From assembly GCA_030141605.1 (NCBI GenBank), contig JAQGDQ010000120.1:124001-188000 (forward strand): DNA of 64,000 nt. Direction: 5' to 3'. The number at the start of each line of letters is the position of its first letter. Position 1 is the first letter of the stretch. Under the pieces are notes generated by a model. It was given only the letters and a program-made list of their open reading frames with translations. It was not told the origin of the DNA and searched no databases. Shown here one piece after another: positions 24,867 to 49,030 of this stretch. Position numbers and translations under genes: made by a program. The DNA is from Tubiluchus corallicola. Taxonomy: Eukaryota > Animalia > Priapulida.

Positions 24867-27800
24867 ATGAGACCGTCGCCAGATCCATTGTATGTATTAA
24901 GATCTGGAGTTGGCGCAGTGACCTATGTGACATTTTGGACTTGTGGTGCAGAAGGAAGTGACTTGAGGCTTTTATCAGGTAAATATAAAAGATTTTTATG
25001 TAAAGCTAGTGAGCTAATTAATTTTGATAGAGAATCCAGTCTTGAGTTATTTTTTATTTTGTGCGGTTTTGCAAATTTGATTTTCTTTCAAACATTGAGC
25101 TTAAAAATTATGTGTTGTCTGAGGCTCTTGTATTTGTTCTCACATATAAATTTTTTAAACTTGGTGTCTTCGTTTTATAGTGCTTGAAGTGTTTTGCAAG
25201 CAAAGTCGACAAAACTGTTTCCTCTGTACTCTCAAATTAATTTTTATGATGGTGATACTCGTGCTTCTATATAGTGTGCATGGCAGTTTTTGTTTAAAAC
25301 AACCAGTTGTTTGTTGCCCATTTGCAGGAACACATGTTGGCCAGATTCACATATGGAACCTAAAAACTAGACGTGCGGATGTTGCCCTTGAAGGTCACGC
25401 AGGACAGAGGATCTTGTGGTTGCAGGCCTTAAATTGGGAAAGCTTCCTCAGCCAAGGAAGAGACGGACAGATTTTCAGATGGATTTATGCAGGAAATGAG
25501 TGGAAGCATTCTTGTGAGTTAACTCATTACTGGCACTTTAGGTTATATTATGTCACTATTTTATCCCGTGCATTTTTTTTGGAGAAAAGGACTTGTTTAG
25601 GAGTTATAGGCCTATAGTAAAATTAATGTCGATAAGTTGTTGTACCGTTGATATTATACTCTGGCTTTGGTCTCTTTTATTGCTCAAGCTTCTACTTATT
25701 ATTGCTCAAGTTTCTACTTATTAGGCTGCCAGGCCATAGAAACTCATGCTTCATGCCTCATGCTTCATACTTCATGCTTCATGCTTCACGGCCCACTGGG
25801 CCATAGGGGCTCATGCTCTCACGCTTCACACACGAGTCTGCGTTGCGCATTCAAAATGGAATCATCTGACGAGGAAGATTTCTTGATTTTGTTGTGTCTC
25901 AGAAGAAGGAAGCGAAAGAGACGGAGAATATGGTGCCGGGAGCATTTTTTGCTCAGAGAATCCAGAGGAGAATTTCAGCGGACACTTCAACACCTCGTGG
26001 ACAATCCTGACGAAGAACTATTTCATAATTATACAAGGATGTCGTACAAGACTTACAGTACATTAAAGTCCCTCGTGCTAGGACATCTGAAGCCACGCCA
26101 TTCAAATTGGAGGAGGCCAATCGAAGCAGAACAAAAGCTCATCATAACTCTCAGGTGGTAATTACTAGTCAAAGTATGTTTGTCAGATAAGCATGCACTG
26201 ACATGACCACATAAAAAAGTAGATCTAAACACTCCCCCCCCCCCCCCCCGATAAAAAAGAAAGGCCACACAAAAATTCCAAAATGTTTTTGATGGGTAAA
26301 ATTTAATTATTTTGTTTTTCAGATATATAGACATGACCATATAATAAAAACAAAAAACGAAAAACGAAAATGAAAAATTTGAAAAGGTTTAGGTCACAAT
26401 GTCCCGACGTTCCATCAGCAGATATGTTTTCAAGACGTGCCAGGTCCTGTGGGATGTACTTGCAGTCAAAAAACGCTCTGATATCCAGTCTGCCCCCGGA
26501 CTCACGTCTCGAAAAAGTGAACATGTTCACTTCTAGCTTCACGCGTGAGTCGTGAAGCTTGAAGTGTGAGGCGTGAGCGGAGGTCTATGGCCCACCGCAA
26601 ATAAGATTACGTTTGTTCATTTTTCCACTCACGCGTTTAGACGTGAAGCATGAGCGTGAGGCATGAAGCATGAGTTTACCCTTTTTAACAAGCTTGAAAA
26701 AGCCTAAGCTTTGCCACAAATAATAATTAAATTTTGTGGAACAATAGCAGAATATCCATAACTATTACCAGATCCAGATTTTTTGTATGAAATTGCAGTG
26801 ACATGAAATTTGAAAAAGTCTTAAATGAGCACAGTATTTCAAAGTGAAATGTATTGTGGACCGAATGAATGTCAGATTTTTTATGTGATGTTACAATCCC
26901 AATTTATATCAGCAATGATTGTCACATTTGAAAAAAAGATCAGGGGCTTATTTTGAGGAGATTGCCACAAAATTGAAGAGCATCATTCCAGAATATATTT
27001 TAAATAAAGTGAAGAAACTAAAGTTTTTTCTATTCCAAGATGGTTGTAATAATATCATGATTTTTAAAAAACCTCAGCCTTGTTATTTGGAGAAATGCAC
27101 CTTAGTGGAATTTTGCAAGATAGTGGTAGAACATTCTGGGCTGTCTGACGAAGTTGGATGAGACCTGAGCTCCGTTTGAAAGCTGTATAGTAAAGATTTT
27201 CTAATAGAATGAACTGTTCATTTTCTAAATAAAATTTGAATTGGAAATCCCAAGATTTAAAATTTATTTGATGAATGTATTACCCGAGCTCATTTTTTGG
27301 TTTTTCTTGGAATATAAATGCTTAGGCCTAATTCATTCTTTGGGTGGATGGAGAATATTTACTTTTACTTATAACTGAATAGTTGATTTTCCTAGGAATG
27401 GTTTTTGAGGTATATACAATTGTAATAATTAAGCCATGTTAGGAAAGCTTTTATATTATAATTGGTTGTGTTGTGTACTTTTCTAGGTTTATGCACTTGC
27501 TATCCAATTGGATTTTGTCAAAGCACTTTGCTTGATTCTTTTCTTGCCAAGCCTGGTAAAAACAATGAGACAATAGAAGTTATAGACATTGACTCGCAAG
27601 ACTTGGTTGGCTCTTTTTCCATTGATCCTAACCTAGGAATGCCCATGTGCATGGCACTGAGGAGAGTTGGTGTCTCTGTTAAAGAGCGTGACGTGTTATT
27701 ATTTGTTGGCTTTGAAAGTGGTACTATCTTTGTGTGGGATGTACAAACTGGTAATAATGTTGCATCATTCAAGGCACATAGTGATTCAGTAATGTGTTTG

Positions 27801-28136
27801 GATATCAATTTGAGCCTATGTGGTGTGTCAGGTTCTTCTGATAGTAAAGTCATAAAGTGGAAATTCACCAAAGATTCCATAATGCTGGAGCATGACGTTC
27901 AGTGTACCAACTCGGGTGCATCTAGTATTGCAATTCGACCAGATAATAAAATTGTGGCTGTGTGTACGTGGGATTCACAGATTCGTATTTTTGCATGGAA
28001 GACACTAAAGCCACTAGCTGTTTTGAGCTATCATAAAGAGAATGTGCAAAGTGTCGCATTTAATTTAACAAACAAACATAACTTGCTGGCAGCGGGTTCA
28101 AATGACGGTCTGATAACTTTGTGGTCTTTGTATTAG
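24867..28136 (+). CDS. GNB1L: G protein beta subunit-like WD40 protein (GNB1L/WDR14/Asa1 family), 3 exons, about 315 aa
   Basis: Exons 24867-24978, 25328-25513, 27487-28136 (GT-AG, both introns phase 1, 948 nt). Motifs PSPDPLYVLR, GQIHIWNLKTRR, SQGRDG, GMPMC, IRPDNKI....WD.QIRIFAWKTLKPLAVLSYH, LLAAGS.DG.ITLWSLY. Confidence 0.92.
25740..26677 (+). mobile_element. Internally deleted PIF/Harbinger transposon in GNB1L intron 2
   Basis: Outer inverted repeats AAACTCATGCTTCATGCCTCA / TGAGGCATGAAGCATGAGTTT, inner pair TGGGCCATAG / CTATGGCCCA; transposase N-terminus from 25857 (RRIW..R..RGEF...LFHNYTRMS...RRPIEAEQKLIITLR), an intron at the LR|Y position, then SISRYVFKTCQVLWDVL at about 26410-26465; DDE core missing. 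Confidence 0.85.
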
Positions 28137-30335
28137 TCACTGGATGATCATTTAACAGTTCTTCCACACATGATTTACTTAATGTGTAATTTTTTACATT
28201 TATGTATGAGTGTATTGTTAGTTCTAGCTTTGCCTGCACTCTGTAGAACAACTCGCATACATTATAAAAATGCATATTGATATTTCAGAAGCTTAAAGAA
28301 ATATCTATGATTGAAGACGTGAGTAGTTCATTTCACCAAAAAAGGTCGCACAAGCTTTAGGTCTATATAAAATGTGTTGTTGATAGTAAAATAAATGTTT
28401 AATAATCATGATACCTGTGTATGTGTTATGGACCATGGCTGAGTATTTTTGTATATTTGCGGTTGTTGGGCAATTTTCTGTCATGGTCATTACAATTCCT
28501 GCCATAACTTTATCATAATCTTTAAATATTTCCAGTGATGTTGATTACACGGGTAATGTGCCTGCGATTACGTATCTTATAATAAATTTTTGGTAATTTA
28601 TATCGTCACATTATTTGAAATGAATCAAATGTGGAAAACAGAAGTTTTAGAATCATGAGCTTATCATTGACATGCTCGAATGCAAATCAGCCGAGAACAA
28701 AGTGACAGATCTTGAAAATCGAAAAGTTGTTAAAGTTGTTACCTTTGTGATGCCAATCTGTGAAAATTAGATTAAATGTTTTTGTAAATAAAAAAATGAA
28801 TGCTAGCATTTGAGTATTTGAATTATTGAATAAAAGCATTGCGATAGACTATGCTTATAGTATAGAATGTAGATAGGATAGAATTATATAGAATAGAATG
28901 TTCAGAATAGAAAAAAAGTAGTAAATTAACAATGTTGTAGAATAAAAGTAACTTGTATGGTCTCTGCAGTGTGAAGTAATCGTTTCATTTAAGCAAAACT
29001 GACAAGTGCTACATGCAGTGCATCAGCAAAATACAAACCAATCCATTCAATAATCAATATGGTCCATTAAGACTTGAGTTGATGCAAACTAATGAGGTGA
29101 TAGGATGAATAAGTTAACCAGGTCTCTGCTAACTGTAGTTGAAAAAAGTGACAATGTAACTAATTTCTAGCACATTTGTTCAGTTGATTAGCTGCACAAT
29201 TTGAAAGTGAAAGCTTAATTGACAATTAGAAAATTCAAAATAACCATGTCTGTTGTGTAGTGTGGAGCTGAATTGATGTACTAACTAGCAAAATACATTT
29301 TTTGTAATGTAGTACTTTTGTTCAATCGAAGTTTCACATTTTCAGAGTTGAACAGTGTTGATATTGACAAAGTCCTTGGTTTGGCAACGATGCATTTTGG
29401 CCTTTGCATCTCTGGAACTGCTGTTTGAAGCACTTCGTTTACAGTTACAGTAGCTAAGTAACTGAGGTTGAAGAAATGAAATGACGATACCACATATTAT
29501 TACTGTAGTGCTTACAAATAGCTTTGGGCCTTAGAAGGATTATAGTATTGTTAATGTACAAATAGATAATTTTTGTGTGTTACTAACACTTGTGCATTGC
29601 AAAGTGAGTTGTAATTGTTCCAAATCAAGCAGTAGAAAATAGAAGCTATACTTTTTGGTCAAATTTGTTTTTGAATAACTGTACATGTTTTACAATATTC
29701 CTCATTTTTATAGATAGCATATGTTGTCTCATAACTATCACTGTTAATGATGTGGTGTAAATTATTATAGTACAAATAAACACTATACACACAAATTACA
29801 TAATAGAGTCATGCTAAAGCACAATAACATGATATTTTTCAATTGATTTTACGATAATTGAGATAACGTTCTTCTTTTTGAACACGTAACCCTGCAATAT
29901 CAACAGTTTTAGTAGAGGTTCTATGATATCAGGAAAATGGAGTATTGGGCTTGAATTCTACTATGTACAGAACTGAATAGCATTACAAGCTACACCAGGA
30001 ACAGTACCAATAGGTTGAGTTTTTATCGACTCTGGGGATATGGGGACACATCTTGACCCAAAATTATGCAATGCTATCTTAATTTATCATGAGCAAAATG
30101 GTTCGGGAACTGGCAGCTTGAATTAAAACATTGTTAAATAACATAATCCATGACACTAACAATTCCATTAGTACATTAGCAGGCTCCAATTGCATTGCTT
30201 TACAGTAGCCGTGGTGCGAACAACTCCAGTAGTGTATATTTTGTGCAGCCAACTGGACTTCTAGCATGAGAATTATTGCTGGTCCCTTGAATGCCAGGAA
30301 TTGGTTGCCAAACTACCTTCCTACTGCTGCATGTC

Positions 30336-40727
<10,392 letters not shown>

Positions 40728-43154
40728 TAGACGAAAATCGTGAAAATTTTCAATTATAGGCACAAAATTCTAATGCATTACCATTGTAAAGTATAGTAAG
40801 CAGCCTGCGCCATCTATCGTGATTGACATTCATGAAGATACCGAATATACACGTATACTTCTTTGACATAGACATCTTTATTGCTTATACATTAAATTTT
40901 TCGTATATGCTTTGCGCAGAAAAGTTAAGTAAGCAATTAGCACAACAAGTTCACAAATGTAATTAAATTCAACTTCCATATAAATGTAAATGCTACAATT
41001 AAAATAAAGCTCAAAAATAGAAATCAATATTGAAAAGTGTTTAGCTACTGAAGTGAATGAATGATTTGATAGAGTTGGGAATAAATCAAACTTGTTTTGT
41101 GCAGGAGAAACATAAATTCTTCATCTGGAGGATGAAAGTTGTCTGCCATAATTTTCTATAGCATCTTCAGTAACGTCATTAAACAAAACAGTATGGTCAA
41201 GAATCAGATGTTCACTATTCTTATCAAAGAGCTTTATACATTTTCTCCTTGGTCCTTACAAATAAATTTTAAGGTAGTTTGCAAGCATTTGAGAAAAGGC
41301 CACATTACAGTCGTTTAGAATAGAAAACATGCTGCTATGAACATGCTAGACATAACTACAAAATACAAATAGGATCAGTAGGTTTAGACATCTTCAACAC
41401 ATACACATAACAAATTATTCAGACCTAACTAGACATAAAAATATAACCAAAGGGTCAATTTGGGCATTTTTGATTATCCATCAGCTTTGCAAGATTGGTT
41501 CAGCACTCTTAATTTGCCAGTTAATGTTCAAAAATAGATTTTTTGTTATTATTTCACTTTACTAATTTTGCATAATTGTCTTTCTATTTCCATTTCAACA
41601 AGTTGCATTCTCATCCTCGCTTGTTCACATCCTCTTCTTTCATTTTTTAATGTAACAATATTTTAAATTTCACAGTCCGGTCATTTTTACAAGTTAGGCT
41701 TTATTAATGACCAGCAATACAAATCATTTAACTAGGTATTTAATTAAGTATCTCTCAAATTTTGCTCTTATCAAAACTTGACTTCTTGTTAACTATTGAA
41801 TTATTGAAATTTTTGTATTTTTAATGCACGAGTTGCACTTTTGTCGATGCAAAATAAACAACCTTGAGAAAAAGATCTTCAAAAAATGGTTGTCGTATAA
41901 AACATATTAGCGATTTATCAACATTTAGATACTTTCAATCCTCTTCACAAAAATCGGCAAGCAAACATACATCAATAAAAAGTGACTGTTTGCAAGGTCA
42001 ATGACACGAATTCACTTCATAATTTACTTTCTCATGACCTTTTTCCTTGTTTCTTTGATTACAATTTTAACTGCAGTACTTCACTGGCATACATTCTAAC
42101 TTTTCTTAGTTTAATGACATTTGCCTTACTTATGTCCCGATAAGTGTTAATTATGTCCTGACATTTGCCTTACTTATGTCCTGCACTGATAAGCCGCATT
42201 TATTCACACGTTTGAAATTCAAAAAGTGTCCATAGTATCCTCTTCTCTGTAACATAATGAACATTTAAGATCATTCTTTTATAAGTTTTTAAAATTTGTT
42301 CTTCAAATGAAGCGTCATAGTCATAATTTCCTTCTTTCGTCCATTTGACATTTTCAGCATAGATGATGCTAAGAGTTTCAATATTTTTTTACTTCCTTTA
42401 CTTTCCAGTACAACGTCTTTTCAGCACTTTTTTTCTATGACAGGAAGTATAAACCGTTTGATTTGCATTAAATTTTTGTCTCTGTAATTTCAGCACATAG
42501 AATACGAATATGCAGAACTTTATTTATACTTTCTATGGTAGAGTGAAGCCTGATGGAGGAAAACTAGAATTCTCTGAGTGAATAAAAGATATAAAAAAGT
42601 TTAACCTGTTTCTCTCTTGCAAAATTTCCAAAGGAACTTTTCATTTCGAGTGTAAATTTTATTAAATAACCATATGGACAGCTCAAACATGACACATCAG
42701 GCTTGACTGTTTGACATACATATAGTACCTTTGGCTACCTGTTTGAAATAAAACGTGAAGACAGCAAATGAACAAGTTAAAATGCAAAGTAATTTTCGCC
42801 TCTTTAACTCTTGATAGAGAAACAAAAATAAATTAATTATGTTGATTGTTGATTGGAATCCATGTTTATTGTATGAAAAGATGAAAACATTATTTTCCAC
42901 TGCTTCTGTTTATTAAAACTGCACTTGTCTAATTAACCACATAAAGTAATCGAAATTTTACTCAATAAACACTAGTGACCATGAATTTTTTTGTACAAAA
43001 AAGCGATATCTCATAAACTTAAGTGATGATACAGCAGCATATTCTGGTAAAATCTTTCTCCAATGAGACTGTTATTGTCTTCACAGCAGCAATATAACAT
43101 ACACGGCATTCAACTTCCTCATAGAAATAAATACAGGAAATGTTTTGCAGCAAA

Positions 43155-45448
43155 TCACTCATAACCCCTGAAAAAAATTAATATTGGTTTTATCATCTTG
43201 AACATAACAATACTCCCCAAAACCATTATCACAGATTAGTGGCTTCTTTTTAATTCGAATGTATGAGTTACTAAATCTATAGTGTAAATTCAGAAACTTA
43301 AATAGACACAAATACAAAATTTTAAACTACATCTACGAAAACAAGTTCAGTTTTGACAAACAACAGTTTTCATTTTTGTCTACTGATTTTGCTTATAGAT
43401 GCTACATAGACCATAGATCACAGAAAATATCACAGAAATTATATCCATCATAATTATGCAGGCAAGTCGCCAAATTTATTTTAAAGGTCAAGAATCCAAC
43501 TACAAATTTATCAAAAGCCACAGAGCACATGAGTTACATGGATCTTGGTCTTGACTTGGGCTTCGATCTTAGGTGGAAGAAGTAACTTACAAAAGTGGCT
43601 ATTGGTGCTCTCTACAAAAGTACTTATTTTTTGCTGGTTCTCATGCTTCCCCTACAATAATTCCAGATGCAAAACAACTGCTTACAAGTCCAGGTTTACC
43701 GTTGAGTCTGTCATATATGTAGTGGTTACCTCTTTACCAAAAAAATGTTGCCTTGCTAACTAAATTCTCACTAGATCCGGGAAAAGCTTAACAGATAGTT
43801 TCCGACAATAATAAATCGGTAAGAATTGTATTTTCTCGATCTGACCTTCACTTTAAAAGTGTAGTCTTTACCTTGAATATATAAAAATATTTATGAGAAA
43901 TGAAATATCATGCCAAGATGTTTGTAATTAGAAACTTTTTAACTGTTACAATCACAGTATCAAAATGGCAAATCTTAAATGACAAAACAAAAATAAATCA
44001 CAATCTACACAACAACATTGAAAATTTTATAATAAAAAAGTATAAAATGCTTCTTCAGCATAATGCAAATCAAATCAGTCATATTATTTACAAGCATCAC
44101 TTGAACATACAATAACATTTAATTACTTTAATTATCATGTCAAATGCAGCTGAGTATAGATGACAACGAAGAACAAATCACATTCATATTGAAGTTTAAT
44201 AACTTGTTAGGACTACGTTTAGGCTGCAAGGTATTTTAGCAAGTGCCTGCATGCCCAACATGTACAGTTGTGATAATAGAAAAACAAAGGAAAAACACTT
44301 TTCAGCTCGAAATGAAGTTTTAAGAAAATGTCAGTGACAATTTGAAGTATATAGCCTTAGAGGGAGTATAATGTTTTAAAAAACTGAAAAATTTGCCGGC
44401 ACAATGCTTAAAAATCTAAAAAAATTAGAAAGAGAAATAGCTAAAAATATCCACGATGCATCCACTTACACAACATAATGTGCAACATCCCAGTTTGCAG
44501 CAGCTGATGTAGGAGGGCCAATGACTGCACCATCACTTGTTACTGTAGCAATCTCAAACTGCAAGTAAATAATTATCTCAATTAAATGGCAACTGTTCAA
44601 AATTGTTAGTTTCACCAGTACTTGATAATGGCAAATGAGGGACTAGTAAGCATACATGTAAATTTGCATGCTGGAGAATTTGCAGTAGCATCACGTAGTA
44701 TGCAAACAATGAATTTGAAAGTACAGGAACATTGATGAAAAGATTTTTTCCTAAAATTTTTAATTTTATCTTGTGCACCTTTTAAGACACAGACCAAAAT
44801 AGACTTTGTTTTTCTTTTAACATAGCTTATAAAAGCATGAAATATGCACTGCTTACAGCACAACATTAGAAAATTTTATATATAAAAAAACCTTATTAAA
44901 GGAGCGAGCATCCCTGTAGAACAGGATTCTCATACACTGGATAAGAAGGGCTTCTGCTTCTTCTTTGGACATGTTAGGGTTTTTCTCATATGCTTCTCTC
45001 AACACGGGCTGCAAACAAAAATATGTTCATTAAGGTTTAGGCCCGAAAATGGTGCGGAACTTATGGACTGGATTCAGATGATAATGTTTGTTCCCGTGAG
45101 TTCTGAGAACAGTACCTTTGTATATTTTTCATATAATGAGTATATGTTTTGGTCAAAAAATATCTCTTGTACTTTTATCAATACTTTTGAGGTTTTTTCT
45201 TCTTTAGTTTGTAATGCAAATGGTCAGGAGTTTGAGAACTGTAAACCAGATAATAAAAATTCAGTTATGGTTTAGAATCATTATTAAAGCACATATGGAA
45301 TATACATTTAAATTATTGAAAAAAAATAGCTTATTAAACAAATTTAATATGTAACAAATTGGATACATATACATAAAAACAGCTTATTAAACAAATTTAA
45401 TATTCAACAAATTGGATACATATACAGACATATATATATATATATGTC

Positions 45449-45484
<36 letters not shown>

Positions 45485-48400
45485 AAACACATTTATTATT
45501 GTGTTTATGGTTAAGATTGCTTTTTTAACTGTCGTAATCGTAGCAGCAAAGAGGCCAATTAGATGCTAGGACAAATTAACAAACTGTTTCGTTACCCTTG
45601 CTAGATATGCCCCAAATCCAGTAGCTAATGTAGGTGACTGATAAGCACATCCAATTTTATCTATGTAACCAAGAAACCTAAAAACAAAAATCTAGTACAC
45701 GTGTCACCTTTCCAACACAAAAAGTATTTCGGACAAAATAACCTTTATACTACACAAAGCATCAACGAAAAACTATTCTGAGTACTTTCAAGAATCATAT
45801 ATATGTGTCAACTTAACATATATTCACTTCTCATTTAGCTGTTTTGGAACCAGTCAACTGCACCTGTTACATTCAAATTTGTCAAAAGATTGCCGATTTG
45901 ATTCTGCTTTAAGAAAACAAATTCAGTTCATTTCAATAAAGAAGTAAATGCTCAATTATCACACATACAGGCATGATTAGTGATAACAGGTTACAATACC
46001 CGGTTTTGGAGTCAAAGATTTTGTTCTTGGACAACCTAACTTGTGGACTTAAAGGTTTGGCTACAAATGAAAACTGGCTGGTTGGCTGATATTGGGAAAG
46101 TGAGCAAGGCATTGCAAGCATGCTCTGTGCGCTCAGATTACATATATTATTCTGAATTAAATGGCAATTAAGCAATAACTGAAATTAGTTACTACTATAT
46201 TATGATGTTATAATGAGAGTTTAGCTAGCACGTTTACATTTGAATGCGTTCTATGCAAACTAATAAGACAACAAAACTTACGGTTCACTATCACAATACC
46301 CAGCTACAATATAGATGTTCCACAAAGGATCAAATCTTGATCGCCTGCAAATAAATTGCAGAAAAAAAATTAACAAAGTTTCATAGTGGACAATTATGTG
46401 AGAAAATTAAATCAGAAAACAGCTTTATCCCGAAAATACAATACACTAGCCTATATACAAATATTTAATGTGACAATTATTATGAACAAGTCTGAAAACT
46501 AGCAGAATAATCACAAAACTCAACTGTTGCAAATAACGATATAAATAATTTTGTAACTCTTTCTGAATGACTACCACTACAGAATGGCAAAATATCAAAT
46601 AATGTGATATGCCATTCTGCTATAACTGTTTTCACAGTGAATAACACATTCGCACACCTATAGTACAGGACTCTTGTAAGCCAGGAAAAAATCGACTTTG
46701 GACTATAATTGAATCCGTCGTCTAAACATTCATCATCTATCCTGGAAAAAAAGATGCAAAAAGTGAACTGGGTTGGTTTACATTCACAATTTTGCTAACT
46801 CTTTATCGACATAAGTGATATCATGATGCCTAACAAATATTTAACAACATCGCACAAAAGAGAAACATGAACGATTTGTGAAAATAAAATATGCAGCACT
46901 GAATTTTCATTAACAGCTAAGATATATAAATTTATAATTTACTGTTACTGCACATTTAGACTAAAATTTTCTCTCTGACAGTAAACTCGCAAGTGTGAAT
47001 GGCTTTGCGAGTTCTCTCAACAGGTTTTTCAAACTCTCAGAGAGTTCTCTCTGATAGTAAGCATGAGCTGACACTCAGCAAAACTCGCAACAGAACTCGC
47101 GAAAGAAAACTCTTTAGTCTGAACTCTTTATCTTAAATGTGAGCTGCTTAATTAGTCTGATCTCGGTTGGATTATGATAGGTCTTGACCGTGGTCTCAAC
47201 ATTATAACTTGTAATGGAGAAGAAAATGCAAGTGCTGAGTCAGTTGTTAATTAATTTGATCACTGGAGTGTTTGGCACACCCGAAACCTCAGTTTAAAAT
47301 GTTTGTGCGTACATTATACAATACGTCAACGAAATAATTCTTGTTTCAGCAGAGATTAGAAGATAATGATATGGTATTGGTCCATTTCTCATTAGTAGGG
47401 TCTGAGAACAATATTTCACTGATTAGAAACAGTGGTACTATAATAGTTTCAACTGAACTTTCTTATTATAGCAGTCTGATCAGAGATACTGTTAACTATG
47501 TCTTGCAACATAGTAATGGCCAACACTTAATGAGTTATTAGGTCGCAGGTAATTATTACACACGAAGTGTGCATGAATTGATGTACTTAGCCTCACTATC
47601 TATCACAGAGCATTGTTATGCATTAAGCATAAGGTCCAAGCTTACACTTTTTGTTCAACAATTGCCTTGAGATACTGAAAGTCCGCATAGTCACCAGAAC
47701 CACCTAATAATGTAGTCTCATTGACTTTAATTAGGCGAGATATGTCACGAAACCGTGCTAGTGATCCATATGAGCCAAGCATATCTGCAGCAATCATTAC
47801 TCCATCTTTGTATGTGATGCCAAGTACTGAGGTTCCAGTTACTGAGGGTTGCCTAAAAACATAGTTTAGAAACAGAAACAGAAACATGAAAATAAACACA
47901 GTATTTACATTACTGCTGGTAATATGGGTTGGTTAGAAAAATGCCCTAAATTTTTAGTAAGAGTGAATTTTATAAATAAAGTGATTTAGCACTATTAGAT
48001 TCAAAAGATATTTTAATAATGTTTGAAAAAAGTATCAAATCTGACATTTAATGCTGACCCTAAGTGGGTTAATTTTTATTGTATATCAATATCGAAGTGC
48101 TTCAATGAAGGAATTTTGGCAATAGTTAAACTCCTTTGCTGCGTAGCTAATGAAATTCTTTATAAATCTCAATTTCAAGATTATCAAAATTTTATTAATG
48201 ATGAAACAAATCAACAATTATGAATTTTTTGAGACCAAAGCAGACTGAAAAAAACAAATACGAAAAAGTATCACTACTAAATGTTGAATTATTTGATAAG
48301 CTATCAGGATTGAATTGACCACCTTTCAAGATAGACCCAAGCCCATCCAGACTATTACTGTCTACTAGTATGCTGTTGAACTTGTAATCAAAACTGAAAC

Positions 48401-49030
48401 TGAAACTCTTTTATGTAATTACGTTTGCATTTAATAAACAAAGGTTTAATAAGATTTTTTTAATATTCCATTCTTCTCGGTATGGTTTGACTTACAAAAT
48501 TTAATGGATCGTTCCATTGGCACGTCATGATAATTATAACAATGATCAATTTAATTTAAATTGAAAATGTCAGTACATTTAAAACTGATCTCTACATAAT
48601 GTTTGAAAACATAAAATAATAAACTGTACAATTATCTGAAAATAAATTACAAGTATTATTAGAAAATATTACAAAGTAAAAATGAGCAGTAGATTTTAAA
48701 GTGTTAAAATAGACACGTTATTAATATTTTATCATGAAGTCATCTCCTGAAAATTCAGATTTTTGCTACAATCAAGGATAAGAGGTCAATAAAGTGACAT
48801 ATTAATATTGATAAGGGAACAATGATTCCGCACTTTTGCGAAAAAGTCAAAAGCACATTTCCAGTTCCAATGTTTTTAAGCCAAAAATAGTTAAACAGTA
48901 CATACAATGTTCTCTGTCGAGGGCTACTGGTTACTGATACAGGACAGTCAGGCAGAGTGTGCATCTGTCCAGGCACTGGTCCATGTTTCCACAATTCTAA
49001 ACTGCCAAAAAACTTAGCGGAGGACGCCAT
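43155..49030 (-). CDS. PSMB4: Proteasome subunit beta type-4 (beta7), 8 coding exons, about 259 aa
   Basis: Exons (minus): 48906-49030, 47646-47852, 46658-46741, 46282-46344, 45596-45677, 44892-45008, 44470-44558, 43155-43167; 780 nt, phases match. Motifs [65 protein letters not shown]. Confidence 0.96.
45325..45480. repeat. Short tandem duplication (about 53 bp) followed by (TA)n
   Basis: AGCTTATTAAACAAATTTAATAT..AACAAATTGGATACATATACA occurs twice, then CAGACA(TA)nTGTCTG and more (TA)n. Confidence 0.85.
46950..47125. mobile_element. Degenerate MITE resembling the element at 12108-12275
   Basis: CACATTTAGACTAAA...TTTAGTCTGAAC inverted ends with internal CTCGCAA and TCTCTCTGA motifs shared with the 12.1 kb element. 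Confidence 0.45.

Noticed and set aside
25667-26161. Domesticated HARBI1-like gene nested in GNB1L
   Set aside because: TIRs retained, catalytic DDE region deleted and a stop shortly after the intron; a broken transposon rather than a host gene.
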